Made by a program: the position numbers and the translations under genes. Positions 32,745 through 43,652 of a stretch of 64,000 nt of DNA are shown in pieces (the first letter of the stretch is position 1; each line of letters begins with the position of its first letter). The DNA is from Cladosporium halotolerans (Eukaryota): assembly GCF_011745625.1 (NCBI RefSeq), contig NW_027191456.1, positions 434,001 to 498,000 of the forward strand, written 5' to 3'. The notes under the pieces are model-generated. The model had not been told where the DNA came from, did not search any database, and saw only the letters and a list, made by a program, of their open reading frames with translations.

Positions 32745-35700
32745 TGGCGGACTCGAGGAGATCAAATGAATGGTGCTATAGCTATACGCCTGTTAGTTGC
32801 GGTGCCAGACTAAGGGCTCGACGTGCTAGTAGGCTGCCCGACCTTCAGCCTTGCGGGAACTCGTGCCCTCGTCTCGACAATAGTAGTCGCTCTCAAACCC
32901 AAACTCCACGCGGTAAAATCCCAGTTCCACACAAGAAAGCCCAATTCACCCACGCTTTATCGTACAAAGCCCGCGGAGACCAGCAGCCGCGATGGCAGAT
33001 GCACAGCGTGAAAGCGCCCGTTTGGAAGGAGTGTCTCGTCGTTCGCAAAAGCGAAGAGTGCGGTCTGTCGAGTTCAATGAGAATGGCGACGCCTTCCAAC
33101 GACCCAAAGTGTCCGGGAACGAGCCGGCCGTGCCTGACGATCTCCCAGGAGTTGGCAGCGCAGCGCCTTAGACGCTCTGTCGGAATGCGGGTGCTTCGTG
33201 TAGATGGAATCCGGTCCAGGAAGCGAGGCCAGCTAGATTAGAGGCCTGAAGATCCGGTAAATGGGAGGCTCCTTGACTTCTAGCCAATGCTTGGGAAAGG
33301 CCCAGGTCGTGAAATTGCGCGCAATATATCGATTCGTCGACAGTCAAAGCGTTACGATTGCGCAAAGACAATCCCTGACCGACAGTTCCTTGATTGCGGG
33401 CCTGCAATATGTGTAGCCGGGCGCCTAGACTGGGATTGGTGGGGTACACCAGGCGTATCGAGCGCTGTGCCGTGTGAAAGAAAGTGCCACGAGTCCGAGG
33501 CGACGACACGATGAAAAAGTGATTCGATCTTGGCTGTCGAACCGCTGGCAGTGACTGATCTTAGTGTCGCCTGCAGTGGGAGTGGTTCGTCTCCCTGGAG
33601 TTGGTTCGAGGGATCTGCTCGATCGTACTGGGAACCCCGTGACTCCGAGGAAACCCTAGAATCGATTTGGCTCGGGGCGAGAGTACGGGAGGCGGGCAAA
33701 ATGATTGACCGAGTAAGATTATCCGGCCGTCGAATCACGGAGTGGTCAGGTATATGGCAGCCCTGAGAAGTAGAGGAGCAAGAACAATCACCGGAACAGA
33801 TACTTCTACCGTGGGTGGAGGTAAATGCACCAGGCCGTCCTTGGGCCGAGACGATCTTTGACAATCGAAGTCGACGACAGTGGAGGCATGGAGGCACACC
33901 GAGTGGGTTAGGTCCTTCACACAAGGCTAGACATGCATTAGACCCCGATGGGGCCGGGACCAATGTACCCTGCCACTGCGCACATTCACCTCGTGTGGTT
34001 GGCTGCAGAGATAGCCGTTGATGCCCGGCCGCCCATCAGGATGCTGCCGTCCTCGCCAGGGGACTTCTGCGGGGACTAGGAGCGTGGGCTGTGGGTGCCT
34101 GTGTACCTGTGGCCCGCAGCCTCCTGCAGATAACGGCGGCTGGAGACCCTCGTCGCAATAACACACGCAGCTGGTCAGCAAATGAGGACGCGCTCGGTCG
34201 CCATCGCTCACGGGCATGGAGCGAAAAAGGGCATGCTGGGGTTCGCCTCACACCGCCCAAGCGAGGTTCGACGGCAAGTGCTGATGCTTTGGGCGGGGGC
34301 TTCTACAATTTCGCGTGGCATTCTCGAGCAACGGCGGCGGAGAAGCAATGGCGTCCGGGCTGGGTCGTGAGCTCATCACCGAGAGGCGGATCCCTCCCCC
34401 GGACGCGGTCAGGGTAAATGCCGTGAGGCATCCCAAAACAAGTCCAAGCGCATTGTCGGAGCTTTTGGGGCATGTGGCCAGATCTAGGGCGTTTAAGATC
34501 GATGGGAACCCTACGGACCGTGCCGTTTCTGGCTACTGTGGTCTGCTGCGCTGCAGCATGATGGCGAGTGGGTGTCTGTCTTGCGGGCTGAGCTGGCTCG
34601 CTGGTGGAGAAGGCTTGGAGCCTGCACTCGAGGTTGCACGGCTCGTGCATCGGACATTTACTGCTCGAAGGGAGGATTGCATCCTGTACTTAATGAAGTC
34701 TGCGTGGCCCATTGTGTCCCTGGAGGTGATACAAGGTTGAAGATCGGCTTGAGATCAGCACATGTAGCTGCATCTCTGCTGAAGTCAAGTCTCGTGAGTC
34801 GTCACGCTGGCGATCGGCGTCGGCGGGCAAGGGCGGCAGATGGCCGCCACGTGCCTTGTTCGCATCGACCGTTGCACACTGGGCAAGAGTTGCGATAGTG
34901 GCACAACCGCGCAGATTATTGCCATGTTTGCACGCAGGGACAGCGCTGCTGAGCTTCGCGCGGTAAGGATGTAGACTTTGCTGGCCGAAGTGCGGCTCGA
35001 AGATACAGTATCCACTAATGAGGCACACCTGTCATGGCGACAACATGCCGTTCTTTGCAGCTGTAGCATGGCACCGGAAATTGGAGGTGCTGTTCGTGGT
35101 GAAAACGGTTGTTTGAGATGTCCAGGGTTGTTCCGACGTCGCTTACAGAGTTGAAACGGCGCCTTTGGCGCCCATGATCGCGCCCGTGATCCTTAATTCT
35201 CCACACTGACACCCCGACCGTGGGACGTAGCCGAAAGCAGCCATGGCGTCAACTGCACCAAGTTGAGTATCTGGAATGCTAACGATGCGCCTTGAAGATC
35301 ATGAACAAGCACATCACGGCCCAGAGATTGAAGTTCATGGTCTTGCGAGGACCAGCCGTTGGCAGAGCGGGTGGGACCCATGTCGGCTGAAATGCCACGA
35401 GGTGGAACTGCAGGGATGCATGGCCGCCGTCACCCGCACGGCTCGACGGGTGCCACAGACGCCGTCGTCGACTTTTACCAGATTGCGTGTAACGCCCGTC
35501 AGCCGGAAACATCCCATCGGATGGGCAGGCCGAGCCAGCTGAAAGAGCTGCATCACAAACACGTTTGTGAGTGGCAAGGTTGGTTTAGAGCGCCGTGAGA
35601 ATACATACTTGGTTCGGCAACGTGCTCGCCGCGGGTCTATGCGCACCTAACCTCACGACCGAAAGTGAGGTTTCCTGGTGGGATGTGGGCTCGAGGCACC

Positions 35701-36109
35701 CGCAGAGGTCACCATTGCATGGTTGCATGATCGTCCCCCAAGTCCCGCGCGAGGTTCTAGATTTTCGAGGTCGGTAATGACATGCAAGAGTCTTTGTGTA
35801 AAGTGGATTCTAGTATGTTGCAACTACAGCCCTACATCTCTCCTATTAGTGCATGACTCGCAGACCTTGCGACTTTCGTAACGCAGAATCCATATTCCAT
35901 CGTATTCGATCGGCAGATGAGACAACAATTTCGATGATCGTCCTCGGGACTTGAAGTATAGGGCGGGCAAGCATGTTGCGAGATGAAAGAGACTCTTCAA
36001 CACAATGCGCCGATTGAAAAACTGAAAGCATCAAAATCCTTCTGCTTGTTACAAGACGGCCAGCGCATCTGTTGGGCGCAAACCTCCTACTTTCGATACA
36101 TATTAACTT

Positions 36110-38209
36110 TTACTCTGCTCCTACGGACTGTTCCGTCTGCACTTTGTCAATCGCCGGCTCCTCTTCCGGCTCCTCTTTCGGCGGCGTTGGTGCCTTCACT
36201 TCGTCGGTACTTTCGCCAATGCCATCAGCGGATGGTTGATCTTCTGTGCTCTTCTGCTCGTTTATGACTTCTTCACTTGCCTCTACCTCAGAGGTTACAT
36301 CTTCTTTCTCTTCTGCCTGGCTCTCATTTTTCGTGACATCCTCTTTCTCTTCTGTGAGGCTTGCATCTTTCGTGTCATCTTCTTTCGCCTCCTCGGCCTC
36401 GCCGCTTGTTTCGGGCTTGTCCGGTGCTCTGAACCCCTCTTCCAGCGGTTTGCCCGGCTCGAACTTCTCCAACAAGCCCAACCGATGCACCCTTGCATCT
36501 CTCACAACGCGCCACGATTTGTTGTCAACCATATTGGTGAGCTTTGTCGTTTCCGCATCGTCCATAGCCATTTCGAGATCGAGCTTGTCCGTTTCGACAC
36601 CCCTCAATAGCTCCTCCATGGCCGGTGCATCGTATCGAACGGGTTCTGTGAGAGCCTCTAAGCCACCGTCTTGGCCTTCCGCAAGAAACGAGCAGTCCAT
36701 CGCGCCCATGGGCTTGTCCGGCAGCTTGCGGACCCGGGTGTATCCGCGCGCACCTGAACGCGCTTCCAGCTCTTGCTCAGTTGACACGGCGTCCCGCACG
36801 ATCGAAGGACAGCTCTCGACCTTCCACCTAACCCAGTTTTTGTCGCGTGCCAGGACAGTCTCAACCATTCGATCGTAGAATCTGCCGTCTGCTGTGGACT
36901 GCAAGCTTTGCTTTATGGTCTGACGCGTTGACACGGCCCATTTTGTATCTTCCTCGTTCAGGGTGAATGAGTAGAGCATAGACTTATTGACCGCGTCTAA
37001 TGATGCAAGTTTCTTTTTCGACTGCTCCGTGAGTGACAGAAGGAAGTGGATTAGGATCAATGCTTGTACGAGAATGTGTCGCTGAAATGCAAGGTCGCTG
37101 AGTTCGAGATCGAAGAGTTCGCGGCTGGTCAAGTATTTCGGATTGTAATTGTCCGCGAACTGATCTTTGTTGTCCACAGCAATGTCTTCTCCTTCTAGCT
37201 TTCGCTTAGTGCCTCGGTGATGGCTTTCGGAAGACCTGGTTTGCACAACGGTGGGTGTCTTTTTGAATTTAAGTAAAGTCGCGGCAAGGCCTCTTTTGAA
37301 TGACTGGAAATTGCCGGCAGCAAACAACCGTGTTGGGTCGGAAAAGTCCTGCTGTAAACGCCAGAAGATTGGGTAGAGGGTGCTGTTGTCCAAGACCTCT
37401 TCTTCGACGGTCTTTTTCAGAGCTTTGATAGGAATGGCTTTGCTGCCGGGCTTGCTAGGCGGCTGAGGCGTTGTTTCCGCAGTAGCCGCTGGTTTTGGTG
37501 TGCTCGCTTCGGTTTTCGTACCGTCTTGGTCTACATCCATGCCTTCGCCATTGGTGTCCGGTTGCTCGGCAAGGTCGAACTTTGTAGAGTTCTCCACGTG
37601 GAATTCACCCCTCAGATTCACTGAAGACTTATCGCCCAAGGGGAACGTCTGGAACAAGAAGAAGAAAACACGGCCACAAAAGATGGCGTCCTCAGCTTTG
37701 CTGAGACGCCTCAGAAGCTCGTTACATGATCGTAAAAAGACCAGGTTCTTCTTGTGAAAGTCCTTCCGCGCAAGACGTTCTCTCCGAGACTCAAGATAGT
37801 CAAAGACTGTCCGGCATCCATGAGTAGTCTGGCTGTCGAGTAGTTCCTCAATGAGCCAGCAGACCAGTTCTGGAGTACATTTGCCTCTGTCACCACAAAG
37901 TAATAGAATATCGAGTAGATTCCATACTTCCACAAATCCGGGATCTTCAATGTCTTTTCGGCCAAGGATAGAATAGAATAGCTCCCGGGCTGCAGTTTCC
38001 ACCGACGCAAACCGATAAGCTTGATCGGAAATGTAGGTGGCGTCCAAATCTGCATCCAGGGAATCCACGCCGTCGGTCAGCTCAGCGGTTGGCAAAGCTG
38101 GCTCTACGCTGGCAGTTTGCTTGAGGGTGTCTGCCTGTTTGAGCAATGCTTGCAGTCTGTTCGTGATGCTCGCAACGGATGAAAGCTCCGCTACTGAAGT
38201 CACCGCCAT
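36110..38209 (-). CDS. THOC1: THO complex subunit 1 (Hpr1/THOC1), 699 aa
   Basis: Motifs LRSCNELLRRLSK, FCGRVFFFLFQTFPLGDKSSVNLRGEF, PKYLTSRELFDLELSD and RDKNWVRWKVESC. Intronless. Confidence 0.92.
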   Translation of the reverse strand: MAVTSVAELSSVASITNRLQALLKQADTLKQTASVEPALPTAELTDGVDSLDADLDATYISDQAYRFASVETAARELFYSILGRKDIEDPGFVEVWNLLDILLLCGDRGKCTPELVCWLIEELLDSQTTHGCRTVFDYLESRRERLARKDFHKKNLVFLRSCNELLRRLSKAEDAIFCGRVFFFLFQTFPLGDKSSVNLRGEFHVENSTKFDLAEQPDTNGEGMDVDQDGTKTEASTPKPAATAETTPQPPSKPGSKAIPIKALKKTVEEEVLDNSTLYPIFWRLQQDFSDPTRLFAAGNFQSFKRGLAATLLKFKKTPTVVQTRSSESHHRGTKRKLEGEDIAVDNKDQFADNYNPKYLTSRELFDLELSDLAFQRHILVQALILIHFLLSLTEQSKKKLASLDAVNKSMLYSFTLNEEDTKWAVSTRQTIKQSLQSTADGRFYDRMVETVLARDKNWVRWKVESCPSIVRDAVSTEQELEARSGARGYTRVRKLPDKPMGAMDCSFLAEGQDGGLEALTEPVRYDAPAMEELLRGVETDKLDLEMAMDDAETTKLTNMVDNKSWRVVRDARVHRLGLLEKFEPGKPLEEGFRAPDKPETSGEAEEAKEDDTKDASLTEEKEDVTKNESQAEEKEDVTSEVEASEEVINEQKSTEDQPSADGIGESTDEVKAPTPPKEEPEEEPAIDKVQTEQSVGAE
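36269..36385 (-). repeat. Three degenerate 39-nt (13-aa) coding tandem repeats in the THOC1 acidic tail
   Basis: KEDDTKDASLTEE / KEDVTKNESQAEE / KEDVTSEVEASEE. Confidence 0.8.
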
Positions 38210-38514
38210 TGTGAAGAGGCGTATCTGGGTCGATGGAAGCGATGACGGGCGGTGCTTGACTCCCTGGTGAAGGTAATTGTTGCGCTATGGGACGCGGAGA
38301 GACGGTTCCGCCGGCACCGTATCCGAAATGTTGACGTAGATTTCCAAGGGTGACAACCGTTCTCAATCCGCCCGATCGGAAATAGCTGAGTGATTGTGTA
38401 GTAAATTTTCCTCGTTAGTGCGTTTATGGCCTGGCAGTGACCGTGGCGTGTATGCACTGAACAATCCACGAAGGAAGTGAACTTTAAAGTGGCCTGTCCC
38501 TGCGGGCCGAAGCG

Positions 38515-38568
38515 GAAGTCGCGATTGGTCGAAGTCGCGTGCTCACGTCGCGTCTCCCCCACGCGCGC
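38515..38568. promoter_or_regulatory. MCB-like (CGCG-core) element cluster upstream of csm3
   Basis: GAAGTCGCG twice, TCGCGT twice and ACGCGCGC within about 55 nt, 70-125 nt before the csm3 ATG. CSM3 is a G1/S MBF-type gene in yeast. Confidence 0.55.
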
Positions 38569-38638
38569 AATCGGAGCAAGAAGCGCTCAGCGGAGTGGTC
38601 ATTGACACAAGCCTTTTGCCAATAGCGACATAGCGACA

Positions 38639-39678
38639 ATGCCTTCTGCAACATCTCCTCTTCGTGAAAACGGTGCTGGAGGCCAAGATGATCTCGACAA
38701 TCTACTAGACTTCGACGGAGCGGTCGAGGATTTCTGGAAAGATCTACCTGACACTAATGGTGACAACGCCAATACGATCAATGCCCCGCAAGATGAGAAG
38801 GATATCGATGAGGAGGTGAAAGTGACGAAGAAGAGGAAGCCCAATCCCAAGCTCGATGAGGACCGGTGGGTATCCCAGGCCTCTTTTTGTCAGGACAGCG
38901 ACTGACCAGATCAAGACTTCTGTCCACCGCAGGTATACCCAAACTCCGCCGCGTCGCGAGGGATAGACTTAGGCTCAAAGGCAAAGGCCATGAATTCTCA
39001 GACATGCAGCGGATGCTTGAGCTATACCAGCTATGGCTCGACGAGCTGTACCCCAAAGCGAAATTTCGCGACGCCTTAACAATGGTGGAAAAGGTTGGGC
39101 ACACCAGGCGCATGCAAGTGTCAAGAAGAGCATGGATCGATGAGTCCAAGAGCTACAGGCGGCGGGAAGACGAGGATGCTGAGAGGCGTCTGGCAGACCC
39201 AACTACACAAGCGGCCGCGGAGCGCGATGATATATTTCCACAGCAGCCTGCTGCTTCGAACGATAATGCGCGACAGCAAAACAAGGGTGCGGACGCCCCA
39301 GATGACGATGAGCTTGATGCTCTTCTTGGGGAAGAGCCGACCCCTCCAAACAGAGAACGGAAGGAAACTGCATCAGGCACGCGACAAGGAGCCGTTCGTG
39401 TCGATGACGATGGGCCAGACGAGGACGAGCTGGACGCGTTGCTCAACGACGATGCAGCTCCTCCAGCACAACCGAGTACATCTCAGTCGGCGAAACGGAA
39501 GGGGCCATTTGAAGACGACGAAGACGACGGAGATGAACTCAATGTGCTTCTCGCAAAAGAGCACAAACAAGATCATGTGCATCCCGATAGGTCCAGTACA
39601 CTAGATGCTGGCAAGCACCGTGAAGATGAACCAAACTTTGCGGATGACGAAGAGGCCATGGCAGAAATGGGATGGTGA
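38639..39678 (+). CDS. csm3: Replication fork protection protein Csm3/Swi3/Tipin, about 329 aa
   Basis: Swi3 domain KRKPNPKLDEDR|LLSTAGIPKL...KGKGHEFSDMQRMLELYQLWLDELYPKAKFRDAL...EKVGH. Intron 38866-38915 (GTGGGT...CTGAC...AAG). Confidence 0.92.
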
Positions 39679-39884
39679 TCTTGCTCCGTGAAGCACACGG
39701 AGTGCCCGCTCAAGCCTAGCGGTTACTGGTAACCCATGGTATTGAGCAATGATTTCAATGATACAGATCGGTGCATGAATGACTTCTGGTTGCAATACAA
39801 TTCAAAAGGTTATGCTTTCCAATTTGCATTCGTGACAGTAAAATTACAAACTAGTTATCAAACCAGGGGGAAATCTTGGATGGG

Positions 39885-40434
39885 TCAAGGGTTGTTATCC
39901 GCACCGCCGGTGCCTGTACTTAGTCAGTAAAACGGGCCCTATTGTTGAAGATTGATTCTGATGGTACTCACCCTTCCAGAAATCCTTCGACACCTTGTCC
40001 TTCTTCGCATCTTCATTGCTGACCTTATTGCTCGCTTTCTCAGCCCTCTGATCCATCTGCTCGTTGTGCTCGCGCACGTCCTGAGGCGCGTTCTCCTCCG
40101 TGGGCGGGTTCGTGCTCAAGATCTTTGGCTTGGCGTCGTTTTGCGTACCTTTCGACTGCTGTCCGGAGTTGGAGGACTGAGAGCCGCCTTTTGTCGGAGT
40201 GCTGCCACTGCCCTGGCCCTCCTTGGGTGGCGGCGGGCCGGGGTGCTCCTTGTCGGCAGAGGGGTTGGGGCCTTGCTGGTTGGGGTTCTCTCCCTTGGGA
40301 TCGCCCTTGCCTGAGCCGTAGTCTGATGTTGCCTGGGCGCGAGGGAGGATGGAGAACGCTGCGCGCTGGGTACGGAGAGCGGGTGCTCCAATGGCCTGGA
40401 ACTGGCGGAGAGAGTTCACTCTAAGGAAAGGCAT
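39885..40434 (-). CDS. Small hydrophilic hypothetical protein, about 163 aa, likely mitochondrial presequence
   Basis: Arg-rich, acid-free N-terminus; DYGSGKGDP and EHPGPPPP motifs. Intron 39914-39971 (GTGAGT...CAG) gives the C-terminus FWKGTGGADNNP*. Confidence 0.75.
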
Positions 40435-40457
40435 GGTTGATATGAGGATGATCTGAC

Positions 40458-40471
40458 GTGTGTGTGTGTGT
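40458..40471. repeat. (GT)n microsatellite in the 5' leader of the small protein gene
   Basis: GTGTGTGTGTGTGT seen directly. Confidence 0.75.
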
Positions 40472-40863
40472 CTGAAAAGAGTCAGAAAGGGTATTATTTA
40501 GAATATTATCCGAAGCAATAGAAGTGTTTGCTTTCGAGGTTGACAGGATCAATTGGAGCTCAAGCTCTAGATCGGTGACGAATGGTCGATGTCATCGAGG
40601 CTTGCGCTCGCTCATGACGCAGTGCCGATCAATTCAGATGAACCGAAACTTGAACGACAGACGGGACCATTGGTTTCGGTGAACATTGCGTGATCTAGAC
40701 CTCCAGGGACGAATCTGGCGTTGCATTTTAAAAATAGAGATTGATTGAGTTCGTCAAATGCGAAGCGCTATATGGGTTATCGTGCAATTCAAGCTAACAA
40801 AAACAAAAAGCAAACACAATCGCTAGTCCAAATTCAAGATCAATGAAGTTCTATTTCACAGGA

Positions 40864-43404
40864 TCACAAGAACTCGTCGTCGGTCATAAAGCCCATCTCA
40901 TCAACAGCGTCTACAAAGCTGCTTGTCACTCTGGCAGCTGCAGCAGCGGCAGTGGTAGCCGCCTTGACTGGCCATCCTGAATCCCAGGATTTTGCTCTTC
41001 TTTGCAAGGGCCCCACAGCGTCCCACCTGATCATTTCTGGTGTAAACTTGAAGTCCGGGTCCATGAACCGTGGCTGTTTTGGCTTGGGAGGCTCGCCAAA
41101 CACCATGTGAAATGCTGCCGTGTAGGATTGTTGCAGCGACTGTAGGATGGGCTTCCAGATTGGTCGCAAAGGTCGAAACAGCATCGTTGGTATCACAAAA
41201 GGGTATCTTGGAGCGTCGGGGTCGACGCCGTAGCCTTCCATGGTGTCTGCGTACATCGGATGGCAGTATTGAAAGCAAAGCAGGTTTTCTACAATATGCC
41301 AGACGAACCAGAGCATGACGAGAAGCCCCAGCCAGGTCAAACGTATACCATAGCGAGCTTTCTTGTCGTAGACATAGAAGTTGCTTCGGAACTCGGTCCA
41401 GAGGCCAGCCCAAACGCTTTGATAACAACCTCCGCAATGGTCGCATACCGTTCGCCAATTTTGGTCGAGATTGACGAAGTCTCTGGGTTTCGAAGGCATG
41501 GCGACTGGCTTGGGCACTTCGGGGTGAGTAGAGGTTTCTACCTTATTCTCCAGCTTTCCAATGCCGCGCTCTGCGTCTTTGATGCTCTCATAAGCAGAGC
41601 GCAGGTGCTTGGCAAGGCCTTCTATGGCAAGGTCTTCCTGGCGCCTTTGTCTCTCTGCCTGTGTGAGCTGATCGATTCCAAGGTCATCAATAGCGTCGCT
41701 CTCTTTGGTGGCGCTGGCATCGAGAGTCAAGGTGTTGTCACTGACATCGACGTTCGGAAACACAATCCCCTCCAAAGATTGTATCGTGCCATCGCCAAAA
41801 GGGCCGTCAGGATCCCTTTTTGCCTCTCTCAATATGTCCTCAAGCGCGGATTGAGGACGGATGGTACCATCATACAACTTCTTCAGTATGTCCTCGGTCC
41901 GATTGGTTTCGCGCTCTCCAGTTGGCTCACGTTCACGTGCCGATGTTCCAAAAGCACGTACTACAGCAGAGTCAGAGGTTCGTAGCAGTGGCCGGTTATC
42001 CTTGGACGACCTCTGACCTGAGGTACGCGTGTCCCCAACTACAGCTTTCTCCTCTTTTGGCGCGTCTTCTTCAGTGCTTTCGAAAGTCCGACTGGATGCC
42101 CGCCTTGACGATCTGTCTCCATATACATGTGACGATGCTGTTTCTCGCCTTTCTTTAGATTGAACTTGAGGCTCAACTTGCTCTGTTTTGGCATGCGATG
42201 CCTCCAAGGACGGTTTCCCGGGGCTTGGCGACAGACTGACGGCGAGTCTATTCAAAAGGCCCAAAGATCCGTTGTTTGCCTGGCTTGGTCGTTTTTTCTG
42301 CTGAAATTCAACAGCGCCAGAGGTCCTCTCTGAAACATCGCCCCCTTCTCGCTCATTCGGGTGGCTACTGACGTTGTCGTCCGCGGCTAACTTCCCGTTG
42401 TTACGACTCCATGCCCTCCTGCGAATTGGACGGTCCGAAACATTGGATGTGCTGGCAGGCCGGGGGATATTCTCCTTCTGCGAATAAATTGGCTCGTCTT
42501 CGGAAGTGGTGAGCTTCCGTTCATTTTTCTCAAATTCAGTCGCCCGATTCGTTGATCGCTCCGAAAGCCAAGCGCTTCGCGGTCGGCGATGCAAAGAAGA
42601 ATCATGACGCTGGTCAAAGCCTCTGCCGACCCTCGCCGGCCTGGCAGCGGCAGGTGTCGAAGCTAGGAGGGAAAGTTCGCTAAACTCTTGATCCTCGCTC
42701 TCGATGATCTGTTTGATGGTTGAATTGGCGTCGCGCCGCGATACTGGCTGCGAGTTTGGGCGAGGGCGCTTCATTGAGGGAGGTGTACTCTCCATCAAAG
42801 GTAACCGCTCGTCTTCCTGCCTCCAGAAATCGTCTCTTTCCTCGGAGAGTCTTTGTGTCTTGACGACAACATCATCCACACCAGACACGCGGGGCTCCAT
42901 GCGGTCTCCAGGAAGTTGGACATCCGCCTCAGAGGGCTCACGAATCCTATTCATCCATCCTCTGTGCGGTTTTGCATGTACACCCCAGTCCCGAGCCATG
43001 GTGGAGGGCTGTCCTCGTTCGTTGCTTCCCGTGCTACCAGTGCGTCCGTGTTGCTTGCCTGTGACAAGTCCCTCCTCTCGCTCGCGGCGAGCAATTAGCT
43101 CGGTGACGCGCGGTCTCGTTCGTGTTTTCAACAGAGGTTGCTGGTCTCCACGAGTCGCATTCCTGATGCGCCTCGAGTCGCGCTCGTATTGCATGATCTG
43201 TCGTCCGAGCGTGTCCGTCCCATTCTCCAGGCTATTCAAGTCCGCGACACCAGATCCAGAAGCTGAGCTCTCGTCGTCGTGCGCCTGCACCTTGTGCATA
43301 CTATCGGCCTCGGTCCCAGGTCCCTGGCTGGCGCGGCTGGTGTTCCGTGTCCTCGTCCAGTTCGATCGATGCTGCTCCGCGTAAAGCTGCCCTTCATAGT
43401 TCAT
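40864..43404 (-). CDS. Hypothetical protein, 846 aa: disordered N-terminus, coiled coil, CxxC, C-terminal transmembrane segment
   Basis: Long ATG ORF with coiled-coil-like QEDLAIEGLAKHLRSAYESIKDAERGIGKLENKVE, CDHCGG, and hydrophobic LTWLGLLVMLWFVWHIV. Confidence 0.78.
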   Translation of the reverse strand: MNYEGQLYAEQHRSNWTRTRNTSRASQGPGTEADSMHKVQAHDDESSASGSGVADLNSLENGTDTLGRQIMQYERDSRRIRNATRGDQQPLLKTRTRPRVTELIARREREEGLVTGKQHGRTGSTGSNERGQPSTMARDWGVHAKPHRGWMNRIREPSEADVQLPGDRMEPRVSGVDDVVVKTQRLSEERDDFWRQEDERLPLMESTPPSMKRPRPNSQPVSRRDANSTIKQIIESEDQEFSELSLLASTPAAARPARVGRGFDQRHDSSLHRRPRSAWLSERSTNRATEFEKNERKLTTSEDEPIYSQKENIPRPASTSNVSDRPIRRRAWSRNNGKLAADDNVSSHPNEREGGDVSERTSGAVEFQQKKRPSQANNGSLGLLNRLAVSLSPSPGKPSLEASHAKTEQVEPQVQSKERRETASSHVYGDRSSRRASSRTFESTEEDAPKEEKAVVGDTRTSGQRSSKDNRPLLRTSDSAVVRAFGTSAREREPTGERETNRTEDILKKLYDGTIRPQSALEDILREAKRDPDGPFGDGTIQSLEGIVFPNVDVSDNTLTLDASATKESDAIDDLGIDQLTQAERQRRQEDLAIEGLAKHLRSAYESIKDAERGIGKLENKVETSTHPEVPKPVAMPSKPRDFVNLDQNWRTVCDHCGGCYQSVWAGLWTEFRSNFYVYDKKARYGIRLTWLGLLVMLWFVWHIVENLLCFQYCHPMYADTMEGYGVDPDAPRYPFVIPTMLFRPLRPIWKPILQSLQQSYTAAFHMVFGEPPKPKQPRFMDPDFKFTPEMIRWDAVGPLQRRAKSWDSGWPVKAATTAAAAAARVTSSFVDAVDEMGFMTDDEFL

Positions 43405-43652
43405 GGTGGCATACTAGGAAGATCCAGTGGTGACCTTGTAAAGTGAATGATGCGTGATCTCCAATACCAAGTGTAGCTCGCGTGTCGCGTCGTTCATTGT
43501 TTGGGGTCGGCGCAGCGCGGGAAAGCGCCGCGAGAGCTTGACGCGAACTTTTGAGGTTCCAGCGCAACGCAGCGGGCGACAAGGCAGCGGATGTTGCCCG
43601 ACAGCGACGACACGGACGGAAGAGGCGACCTGCAGGCCACACCATCGCGAAG

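Noticed and set aside
33905..33912. CCTAACCC (minus strand) as a possible telomerase RNA template
   Set aside because: An 8-mer is expected by chance. A 1.5-2 kb TER here would run into the homeobox gene, and no pseudoknot was recognised.
43551..43652. Non-ATG N-terminal extensions in the ORF track (Aquarius; also gldB, HAD, def1, eIF4G, TF)
   Set aside because: Artefacts of allowing TTG/GTG starts. Conserved-looking sequence begins at the ATG.
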